DNA of 64,000 nt, taken from assembly GCA_003971905.1 (NCBI GenBank), contig RSEE01000016.1, positions 124,001 through 188,000 on the forward strand. Reading direction: 5' to 3'. Made by a program: the position numbers and the translations under genes. Positions within the stretch are counted from its first letter, which is position 1, and every line of letters starts with the position of its first letter. The notes below the pieces were generated by a model that was not told the origin of the DNA, did not search any database, and saw only the letters and a list, made by a program, of their open reading frames with translations. This stretch comes from Moniliella sp. 'wahieum'. Its lineage: Eukaryota. This document shows, piece by piece, positions 1 to 10,437 of this stretch.

Positions 1-520
1 TGAAGCTTGATGCATGATGCATGATGCAGACGCGGGACTAGTGACCAGTGAGTGACTTGCGATGTGTGGCCCCACGTGGTCGGGACCGCGGGACCGGCGA
101 TAAATTCACGATTTGATGGACGAGAATCTGAGGCGCTGAGGCTGCTGGGCAAGGCCAACCCTTCATGGCGTGGGGCCAGACATTTGATTGGTCCGAATTG
201 TGGTCCGGACATTTGAGATGTTGTGGCTTGACGTAGTGGGCCAGAGTGAACCAGGTGAGGGCGTTGCGGAGTTTGCCTCCTCTGGCAAGTACCAAGTTAG
301 CGGGTAGCATCAATGTTAAAGAGCGTTGGCCCAGTGCGCTACCGATGTTTGGCGCCTATGTATGGGCCAGAGCCCCCACCGGTGATGCGTGCGAGCTCTG
401 TCTGTCATCGGTGTCACCGTGTCACCAGGCACCGGTCACCTGTCACCAAGTACACAGACCGGAGACAGCGCCCAGAACATTGATCATCGACCAAACCACG
501 TGGTACAATATAACCCAAAG

Positions 521-965
521 TAACCGGTGACTACTGAGTACTGAGTACTGATTAAATTACTGATTAATGATTAAGTCGATTAAGCTTAAGCTTTAAGGAT
601 TAACGATTCGTGACGCGTGACCCATGTTTCGGGACAAGCAGGGTGCGTCAGGCGTCACTCGTCACGCATGTATGGTCTCAGATGTGGTTCACCCGGTGAG
701 CGCTCAGTGAGCTCAGCGCTCAGCCGGAAACGGTTACATGCAAGTCATGCACTGCTGCAGATGCATCATGCATCACCTGCATCAACATCATACGCTCCAT
801 GCATTCTCCACACCATACCCATACATCACATGCATCACACATCAGCCACCCCAACCTATCTGACCGCAACGCTGGTCCCCATCGCCACGGATGGAGCTGA
901 GGAAGGGAGCAGATGGTAGGGCCAGCCATCAGGCCTGAGTCAGGCCTCAGGCCCAGGCCTCAGGA
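521..965. repeat. cluster of TRA + 4-bp-palindrome heptamers
   Basis: TAACCGG, TGAGTAC x2, TGATTAA, TAAGCT, TGACGCG, TGAGCGC/TCAGCGC, TCATGCA, TCAGGCC. Confidence 0.8.
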
Positions 966-1124
966 GTGCCGCGGCTGAGCCCCTCATCGCTTCTGTGGGC
1001 AACTCGAAGCGATCGATGGGCATGGTTGTCTGGTTATTATAACCCGGCCATTCTGCTTCCAGCAGCGTTCGCGCCCAACTTTGGCCCTTCACCATCTTTG
1101 CCCCTTCTGTCAGCTGCGGCCAGC

Positions 1125-3108
1125 ATGCAAGCCCAGGCCTACCCGGCGCCCTGCGCGCCGCGCAAACTTCCGCTCCCCAGCGACAGCGATCCAAGCGGCC
1201 CTCCTACTCCCTCCGACCACACCACGCCCTTCTACCTGCAGCGCAAGCCCCTCGTCCAGTCCAGCGATGCCCAGCCCTGGTCGCGTTCTTATGCCCCAGA
1301 CGCTATTGCGTTTCGCGGAAAGAGCCCTGACGAGCAGCAAATTGAACACCTGCGCACTATGCTCGCCCACATTGCTCCTGACGGTACGTGTCCCTATGAC
1401 CCTTACCCGGTCACGCCTTTACAAAATTCTGACAACGTCCGCTTTCTGCCCATAGGCCACCAAGCGACGTCATACAATTATTACCAAACGACCCCACGGA
1501 CATAACCGTGCCGGGTACGAACGCCGCGAGTGGAAGTTAGCCAGCCGCAACGCGTCTACGCCCTCGGTCGAGGCGTGCAACGCTGATGTCGAGGTGATCG
1601 AGACACTAGACGAGGGGTGGCGGGCAAACCTCTGGTGCAGACTCCCATCAGCTCGTCCATCATGGCGACGGAAGCGATGCCAAAGTTGTTTCCAACCTTT
1701 CTGCCGTCGACGTACAGTTCCTCGTGTCCAACCAAGAGCCCATCCCGCCCTCGTCGGAGGAGTTACGTGACCGGATTGTTAAGCAGCATCGGTTCCTCAG
1801 TCAGCGCATCGAGCCTGGTGCCAAGCCACGCAAGCGCACGAGAACCCACCTGCCGTTGACAAAGCCATCCGGGCTCGATTCAAACCTATTGGCCCGAAGA
1901 GGAGCAAGCCCGCCTCGCTGCCCTCCAGGTGCAAGTCGACAGCGTGATGGAGCAGAGCGTTGTGCGTGGCGTCGTTGTCCTCGAGAAGAGAGGCTTTGTG
2001 GAAGCCGTTGGGCTCTGGGCCACCTGCTGACCGGGTGGGTATGGTAGAGACGGTGGAGCGAGCACCTGCTCTACCTTCTGCCTGGCTTTTGCCTCTGGAT
2101 GCTACTTCGCACATTGCCACCGGCAAAGCCAAGAGCAAGAAGACGTTCCGTTTGCCGGAGTTTGAAGCCATGGCTGGTTGCTCTTCGTGCGACGCCAAGG
2201 GAAAGACCATGTGCCCGCTTTGCCAGGATGCGCAGCCGGACGAATGTTTCTGGTGCGAGGGTACCGGCATCCGGAAGCGCAAGACGTGCGACAACTGCCA
2301 CGGTCGCAAGATCCACGCTTGCCTAAGGTGCGACGCGCGGGGTACGATCGATTGCAACGAGTGCGGTGGTAATGGCCAAGTGTATGTGGGTGCGTTTGTC
2401 GACGTCAAGTTCCGCACCATCTCTCTTCCACCCATTGCGGTCAAGGACTTGGTTTACCCTGGTACCGGTCGCCCCCCGGTTACAGCCGAGGAGGTGGCTC
2501 AGTGCTCTAAGTTGAAGATGGCCCAGACGATTTCCGAACTATCCCGCGTCCAAGCCGCCAAGGGATCGCCCTCGGTGCCGGTATTGGCTCGCTGCGTGTG
2601 GCACAAGAGTGTTAAGCGCATTGTCTCGGTCACCCGCCCGGCTACCATCGAGATGCCGGGACAGAAGAAGTTGGGTTTGAGGCGCAAAGCGCATCAAGTG
2701 GTTGTGGAGGGAGATACCCACCGCTTCCTTGTCCCCAGCGAGAAGACAGCTCCAATCGTTGAGATCACAGCCACTGCAGCCGCTGCTGCTGTTGCTGCCA
2801 ATTATCGGCCCGGCCCCTCTTCCAGTAGTAGTAGCTACATGGGTGATACTACGCCTTCTACTTCGACGGTGGACACTCCTTCTACTTCCATGGCCCACTT
2901 GCAAGCGCTGTGGCACCAGCCCGATGTTGTGCCTGCCGTTCCCGCCGTTCCAGATGCCTACACATCCCCTGAGGGGGGAGTTACGTTCCGGCCCCCACTT
3001 CAACTGCGACAGTACAGGTCTATTAAGCTAATTACTGTTGCTGTGGTACCCCTGCTGCGCTCACATACGCAAAAATGGGGCCACGCCATTTGCATAATGT
3101 CTCGTTAA
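1125..3108 (+). CDS. SSUH2-like protein with DnaJ-type CxxCxGxG zinc-finger repeats (frameshifted model; 5' part tentatively joined)
   Basis: ORF 1960-3108 has CSSCDAKG, CPLC, CFWCEGTG, CDNCHG, CLRCDARG and CNECGGNG repeats. Upstream ORFs from ATG 1125 appear to run into it across frameshifts. Confidence 0.6.
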
Positions 3109-3337
3109 TTTCTTCTCATTTTCAGTCGCACACTTTGCTGCATCATTAATTCTATGTTCTCTTCCCTTTCTTTCACTCCAATTGTTGACATTCCCGTAGT
3201 GCTTCTTGTAGTACCTTCCCCCACACATCATCTCTTTGTGCATACCCACATTTGCAAATCTCCCTTTTCATCCTAATCTACTAGTCCATCTTATTAACAG
3301 ACAAGTCCCAAGAGTAGTTAGCCCAGATGCCCATAAT

Positions 3338-3985
3338 ATGATCCCCGACACCCACGTCCGCAACCAACCAGCTGTGGAGGAAGAGGATGGGTCGAGGCGC
3401 TGGGGAAGGCGCTGCGCACCGACTACCGCGTGATAGGGCCCGGAGCACTCGGAGGATCAGGAATGGAGGTGGACCACACGTTGCGCGGCACGGAAAGGCA
3501 GGAGGCGCAAAGCGCGTACCGGAGGCGGTGCATGTGAGACCACCGCGACGCCTTTGGAGCGCCGGGAGAAGGAGCTGTTGCTTCGGCTGCTGGAACAAGC
3601 AAAATGCAACAAGAACGCCAAGGATCAGGGACGCACCCAAGAGCCGTTTTCCCCTGGTCTTGACGACGCGAGGATACTACGGCACCAAGACAGCGGGCAA
3701 GATGCTTGGGCACTGGAAGGATTTGACTACTGTCTCTCAATGGAAACGGTTCCTCGCTCGGATGTCTACCACGTTCATCCGTATCCACACGTGCTACCTC
3801 GGGTATAGGGACGGATGTGGCGGGCACAAGAGGATCCTGATATCCTGGCGATTCCCCTGGTTCCTTAAGCCAGGTTGACGCTATACTAAGCAGCACACGC
3901 AAGATGAACGAGTCGGTTTAGGCGTAGCGTTTCCCTGTCCCACAGCCTTAAGCTCTGTCAATGATATGGATGCAAATATAGATAT
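3338..3985 (+). mobile_element. degenerate 3' end of a CRE/Cnl1-like non-LTR retrotransposon (restriction-like endonuclease domain plus 3' tail)
   Basis: Joined frames read LRTDYRVIGPGALGGSGMEVDHTL ... LLEQAKCNKNAKDQGRTQEPF/FPLVLTTRGYYGTKTAGKMLGHWKD ... WKRFLARMSTTFIR. This fits the RLE pattern R.D...D.T / K..KY / F.PLV.T.GG. Parts recur at 6851-6944 and 22822-22891. Confidence 0.6.
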
Positions 3986-5688
3986 TGGTGTTGATCGATG
4001 AACGATGATCAGCCATTCATTTATTGCCGATCATCAATCAACACATGTAATACACATGTGAGACGCGCTTGATGAGCTGGATGCTGGGCTTGCCCTGTGG
4101 CCGTTTTTCTTTCTCTCCCCAGAGCATGAAACATATTTTTCACCAATAACTATATTTTGTCTCCGTATGTGTGTCTCTGTGTGCTTTTGTTTGGGAGACC
4201 AGATAGCAATCGGTACCCGTATTACCCAGTACTCAACAGTACTCGGTATATCCTGGTTAAATAGTCAAAAACACATGACAGTGAACTCATGTCTCGACAG
4301 TGACTGTCACAGTCACCGGGGCTAAGGCGAGGGAGACCAGAATCGGGACTAGGCCAAGGGGTGTAGCAATCGTTCGTGGGGAAGAAGCAAGATCAGAGGA
4401 CATGGTGCGAAATGGAAACAGGGAAGGAGCGAGACGCTCGAGACGAAGAAATCGGAAATGGGAGCGAGATCAGCGCCAGCTGAACTATGACAGTGACGTA
4501 ATACTGTTGTTCATTTTTTAATTGCATGTGGCAGCTCGCGATTTGTGCACATAAAAAATGGAGATTGTAATAGTCGCGGGCGATACGAGTGGGGCCAAGT
4601 ACCAAGAGAAGCAACGGATGTGCTGCGATGGGAAAGGAAGAGGATCGGCGAAGAGAGGTGAGAAGATTTACCTGATTAGCTAATAGGACCGTGACGGAGA
4701 CAGTAAATTAAATACCTTACTTCCTTCTTGAAAAGGAATGTCTGAATCCTACTGCACGGTAACCGGTAACCGGTAAGGTCTAAGGCCTAAGGCTTAAGGC
4801 GTGACATATGCAAGGAATGCCCGAATCCCCAACCGAGCTTGGGATACGATACCAATGTCACTATCCCACGGTGTGATGTGCCACAAGTCGGCCAGAACGT
4901 CTCGCCAAGGCCTCTGCTGTTGGTCAGGCAAAAAAAATGCTTCTTGTATTACGTCTATTTTATCACATGTCTCACAAAATGACGATCTCTCTTGTGTCTG
5001 ACACAGCTTCATGGCGGTTTTATAGCTGTACTCACATCACTGTCTGGTCTTCTCGCAAGGGTCTCAGCTCAGCCTCCGTTACTATCGATTGATGCTTTGA
5101 CCACAGCGATAGGGTCGGAAATGAAGGAGGCTAAAAAGTTGGGCTCCGGAAGTGTGTGTAGAATGCCCGGAGGAAGGAGCTGCTGGCACGGGGCGGGCCC
5201 GCCAGGGCCTCGCTCAGGTTTGTGGGGTATACAATTTAAGAGACGGTAGGTACTCACACGGTAGTTTCGGGCTCGGCTAGTTGGTGCAGTCGTCGCAAAG
5301 ATACTGAAAGCTTGTGTCCTTACACTACCGACCCCTTTTTGATAGTGTACACGTCATCGATATCCACCGTGGCCTTGATGTCGCTGATGTCAGAAACTTA
5401 TTTATTCTGGCATCCAGGATGTCAGCGCCATCTCGGCTCCCCTTGCTATCCCTCGGGTCAAGGACGCGAGTGAGGTCAAAATCTGTTATCGGCGACCACA
5501 AGGACTCATGCCATCAGTTTCAAGCTTCAATGTGAAAGCAAAAGTCAATGGTCCCTGGATCTGCTTATGCAACCTCGATGGTGGCCGGTAAGGGGCAGGC
5601 ACCCTCGCATCGTATCTTGGGCGAGGCGATGGCCCCGTGTTCCGCGCGTGTTCCGCTGTTGACTGTGATCCTGCAGCTGTTCTTACCC

Positions 5689-5762
5689 GGCTCGATAGCG
5701 TAGTGTGGTAACGCATCCCTGGCCAATAGGCGATGACATGGGTTCGAATCCCATTCAAGCCT
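5689..5762 (+). tRNA. tRNA-like gene with aberrant anticodon arm (pseudo-tRNA, isotype undetermined)
   Basis: Acceptor GGCTCGA/TCAAGCC (1 mismatch), D-stem GCGT/ACGC, T-arm ATGGG-TTCGAAT-CCCAT, TTTTT immediately downstream. Anticodon arm TCCCT-GGCCAAT-AGGCG is imperfect. Confidence 0.7.
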
Positions 5763-6181
5763 CTTTTTCCTCATGTTTCCCCGGGTGTGCCCTCCCACAC
5801 CGCCTTCCTTGGATGTGTTTGCCACGTATTCGCTGCTTTCGCCACAGTTGACCAACGATGGGCCAGACATTTGTGCTCCATGCACACACCACTTTTCTTT
5901 GCATCTCGTCCAAGTAAGCGATCTGTGGGCGACCGTGACCCGTGACGAGACCTGGAGTCCAGATGGTCCTGGAGGGTGATGCAATCGCACTGGTGGTGGT
6001 GGTCTAAGCCAACCAGCAACGCCTACAGAGGAACATCAAAAGCAGTGAGTCGCCACCAGGGGCTAAGCTGCGGAACCAGGAAAAACAGGAGAGAAAACAA
6101 CGGAACTCCCAGGCCTGAGGAGAAACTGAAGGGGCATTGGCCAAAGCACGAGCCACCTGATGGCTCAAGACCGATGCGCCT

Positions 6182-6490
6182 CACTAGGAGACCACCGGGC
6201 CCACTGTTGCCACGTGGCTGGCTAGGTCTTCTGCAGTTAGCTTACCTACTCAAAAGCTTTTGTTTTCTTCTTGTAGCAACGCCTGTATTGCCTTGCCTCA
6301 CCTGTATCCCGCTCCCGCTTATATACTCGATACTCCTCTCTCTCTCCGCTGTATTCGCTGTCTGCATCGTAGAGATGTTGGTGCTCGCTTGCGTTCTGGC
6401 ATACTTGCGTCGCTACACCACGGCCCGGTTTGCTGAGGCTTCGCCCCAGCCTGTTGGGCTGGGTCACCGTCGCCACCGTAGCCACCGTTC
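6182..6490 (+). repeat. dispersed repeat shared with 22524-22640 (possible retroelement terminal repeat)
   Basis: CACTAGRAGACCACCGGGCC, ACGGCCCGGT...GGCTTCGCCCCA and CCGTCGCCACCGTAGCCACCG occur in the same order at both sites. Confidence 0.65.
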
Positions 6491-6850
6491 CCCTAGAGAT
6501 ACGCGCTGGCTGGGTGGACTGGAACGTGGCACACATCAGCTGATGTAAAAGTGTACAGGGGCGGTTCCCATTTCCCGTTTTTTCACCCGGCCTCACGTAG
6601 TTCGAAGAGTACCGAGTACTGGTAGAGCTAGTGAAGCTTGAAGCTTGAAGAGCTAGTGAAGCGAAGCTTGAAGAGATTATCGATTGGCATGAGATCCGAT
6701 ATCGCAGTAGGTGATCAGTCGATGGCGCCGCAAGCAGCGGGCTGTACTGGTACTGAGTGTAAGGTGAATCCCACGGCATCACAATATGGTGGCGTGAGTA
6801 AAAAGGTTCTCATCGATCATCGGCCTGAGCAAAGGAGCAACTCAAATAAC

Positions 6851-6944
6851 GCAGGAGGCCCAGACCGCGTACCGGAAGGTGGTACATGAGAGCACTGCGA
6901 CGCCTTTAAAGCTCTGACAATGATAGGGATGCAGTATAGAGATA
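6851..6944 (+). mobile_element. internally deleted copy of the 3338-3985 retrotransposon relic
   Basis: 6851-6907 matches about 3498-3555, then jumps to match about 3945-3984 (GCCTT..AAGCTCTG.CAATGATA.GGATGCA.TATAGA). Confidence 0.65.
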
Positions 6945-7021
6945 ACTCCACTCCTCCTCTCAGTGGCATGGTAATTTGATGTCCTCGACCAAAGTTGCAG
7001 CACGGTGCTGAGCCACCATAA

Positions 7022-7835
7022 TCGCCAAGTGGCGCCCCACAGTATGGTAAAGGCGTAGCGCAAAAGCGCGAAACCTTTCTGGTCATTCCTTCCAATATCC
7101 TTCTTAGGGGGCAGGAGTATTCTTTAGCCTCTGTATTTTCTTGACTCTTGATACGAAGGCGCTGCGATGTCTCCCGATGCAGAGCCCCTCATGTCATAGG
7201 CTTACTAGCACGTCTTCAGTCTACATAGGCTAGCAAGAGAGAGCTTATCTATCCATGCAGCTGGCATCCTTCGCAGCCCGCTCAATATATGGGCGCATGA
7301 GTACGATGCTTTGTTCCCATTGCGCCCACAGTCTTGGCAGAACCCTTTATCTGCTGCGGCCCACCGGACCGCGGACTTGACAGAACAGACTGCGCTTTAT
7401 GCCTTACTATTGTAGCTCTCTCTTGCTAGGCTATGTAGAGACTGAGTACTGACGTGTTTGGAAGAGATGCCTACGAAATGCGGGGCTCTGCGTCATGAGA
7501 GATACCGCAGCTCCCCGTAACATCTCTGTAGCTCATGCGCTCATGTGCAAAATTATGCAATACACCGTCAACTGACTGCTCTCTGGTCTTCCACATCATT
7601 ACTCAGCCCACCGGACACGGTCCGTGCGCTAGTATGTCCGTCGAAGCGGAGGGTGCACTACATAGTGCAAACACTTGCGCTATCTATATATACAGTTGGA
7701 GCAGGGTGTATACTAGGCCAAGTGCCAGTCGCCAAGTGGCGCCACAGTAGGGTAAAGGCGCAGGCTAAGGGACCCTTCCTTATCATTCCTTCCAACATTC
7801 TTCCTGGAGGGCAGGAGTATATTCTCTAGCCTGTA
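7022..7835 (+). repeat. ~110-bp imperfect direct repeats at 7022-7134 and 7729-7835
   Basis: TCGCCAAGTGGCGCC..ACAGTA.GGTAAAGGCG ... TCATTCCTTCCAA.AT.CTTC...GGGCAGGAGTAT..TAGCCT is present twice. Confidence 0.8.
7150..7524. mobile_element. MITE-like foldback element with ~100-bp imperfect inverted arms
   Basis: 7221-7245 CTACATAGGCTAGCAAGAGAGAGCT is 24/25 identical to the reverse complement of 7414-7438. Similarity extends outwards (GCAGAGCCCC / GGGGCTCTGC). No ORF. Confidence 0.65.
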
Positions 7836-9249
7836 CTGTAGCTTTCATGTGCAATGTTAGTAGTACTAGTATCGGTTATTAAGGGCGAGGCCAGCTCTTA
7901 TTCATCCCACCTCCTGAACGCTTTCGGACCCCGCAAGTCTCGATATGGCTCCCATCAGACCCGATGTGGATATTTGATGACAGCCATGGCCTAGCGAGGC
8001 AACCAGACTGCATCCAGGACCAACAGGACGACATCCGCGCACACCTCGGCCATACGTTTGTTCACCTCCAAGCCGACTTCCAAGCCGGGGCCAGCCGCCT
8101 GTTGGAGAGCATGACGTGCCCGACACCCATGTGGAGGGTCATGATCCGACTCCAAGATCAGGTCACAGACGTTCGCGAAGCCCTAAGTGGAGTAAACGAA
8201 ATGCAACATGAACTCCATGAAGCCCAAAACAGAAAATTCTTCATGAGATCATGACAGGGACGGCCACGTCGCAGGCCACTACGAGCGAAGACGCAGAAAA
8301 GCGGACTCGAGATGCTGTTGGCCAAGTCCGCCCTATATCTGTATGCCTCCATTTTTCATCTTCAGATGATTAATCTTAAGGCTGACCACAGCATCTTTTC
8401 CGTTTAACCGCATTTTGGTTTTGCAGCGCAAGTACATTAAACAGCTAGTCATGTGTTGATGAAAGCGCCTTGGGAAGCGTCTCATCTAGAAGGCTCCTGT
8501 GCGGTATGTATCTATCTTGAATCGCTCGAGACCGAGCTTTCTCTGTGACAAACGGATGGTTTGGTTGAGCAGGAATGGGCCAAAACTCACGTTGCCAAAC
8601 CCAGGCCTTCTGGCACCGTTATCGATGTTGCAACTGTGATGATAAAGGGTGCCTAGGCAAAGAAGAGTATGGGCAAGAATAACGCGAGCCATAACGGTCA
8701 TCCGCTATGAGATCCTAACTAATGTGCGTATCTTCATTTGGTTCCTTTCCCCTTCACGGTACGTTCTGAACGCTTCTGCCCGAATCCACTTGCAGGTGGA
8801 GACGCACCACTGAGAGTAAGTAAGGCACCGTGGGCCCACATCGGGTGCTGTCAGTGTCGCCTCATTCAAAAGAAGGTTGTCAAACATAACCTGGGAGACT
8901 ATGGTCGCAACCTCAACGCGTGGAGGGCAGCAAGCTTGCGATGCGCATTCGCATCCTCCTTTATTCTGATTCGATTTGCTGAATATACGACCAGGTGGAG
9001 AAGCTGTCGAACGGACTTTGAAACCAGCTGGGGCATTTCGCTGGATGCCATCCCTGACTCTGATGCAACGGTACCCGCTGAGGCAGCGGCTGTGATGCTA
9101 ACCTTTCGAACACATGTGGCGACCGGGCCCGATATGCAATACCAATCTATCCAAATACCACAGATCTCCTTTTTTGTGGTTTAATGATAGGATTAGCCAT
9201 ATTATTGGATAGTCCCCCATTGGCAAGAAACGTGTACGCAACAGGAGTC

Positions 9250-9702
9250 ATAGTCTCGATGTCGACAGTGTCATCGGGAGACATTGATGTCGGGGTACCC
9301 GGGGACATCTATGCCATCGTTGGAGACCTATTACCCCTATGGTATCACCCACGTCAATGACACCGCCGACGTCTAAGCTCCCCCCGACGTCCAAGTCACT
9401 CACGACGTCTAAGGCACTCATGACGTCTAAGGCATCTTTGGTAGTGCTGTCATCGCGACATATTTGACGTGAACCCTATCATTGATAGGGCGTAACCCTT
9501 TGATGTTTTCCCCGATGTCTTTGATAAATTGAGCGAGTCTCGCATCCATGTCGCCAATGACATCCATTTCGTATCTGACATCATGGACATCACTACCGTC
9601 CCCGTCATCGAGAACAGCTGCGTTATTTACTTGATGTCTATGACACCAAAGTTCTGGTCCTACATCCATGACCGTCATGACCGTCATGACTGCCATGGAT
9701 GT
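9250..9702. repeat. degenerate 9/18-bp periodic minisatellite (GACGTC/GACATC cores)
   Basis: GACGTC at 9368, 9386, 9404 and 9422 (exact 18-bp spacing); CATGACCGT tandem near 9667-9690; many GACATC/GATGTC copies. Confidence 0.7.
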
Positions 9703-10437
9703 CAGAAAGGGGTCGGTAATGTATTTAGGTCATCTGACTTGGACTTGGGCGGGGGGCGATTATTTTGTCTCGGATGCATGTCCCCTCGGGCCATCGTATC
9801 TGATTTAACCAACCATCATCATACTTGGTTGGACTTCGGAGCGCGCTCCACTGGTGTGCAGAGCAAGCAGACCTTCGGTTGCTCGGACCATCTCGGCTCC
9901 AACGCAGCCCCTAACAGCTGCCAGGCTGTGTGAGCAGGCGAATTGGGAGGACGGTAACTATATTAATCGCCAGTTTGCACAGGCCAGCGAGATGGTCCGC
10001 TGTCTCGTCATCCGCCGGTAATCGATAATCCGATAAACGGCCTAACCCACCGTTAAAGTTATGTCTGTCGACATTCCAGTGTGTTAGTACTATGTATGCG
10101 ACAGTGCACCGTGTTGAGCTGGGTGGTTGGACTAGGTATACAGCAAATTATTCAAGGCTGTCGCTGCTGGACACAGCAAACGAGAGATGTGCGAATGAGT
10201 ACATCCGACAAAACCGTTTCAGGGACTGAACAGATGCATACAGGGGAGACGCGGCGAAGGAAAGGGCATGAGCAAAGAACCGGATGAGAGAGAGACGAAG
10301 AGGTACCAGCCAATAGGCCAGACCTACAGGATAGGACAAGAGGACCCGGTAGCGAGAGATACAAAAGGGCGAGGATCCAGCTTCACAAAAGGGGGGGAGA
10401 CAGGAACGAGTGTATCCAGTCTGCGCCGTATGACTGC

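Noticed and set aside
3898..3968. Repeated 70-bp tail as a hammerhead ribozyme or LTR end
   Set aside because: No CUGANGA/GAAA core with matching stems in both copies. Similarity continues past TGTCA and no PBS follows.
7964..9184. Short ORFs in the TE-rich block
   Set aside because: No recognisable motif; cannot be assigned.
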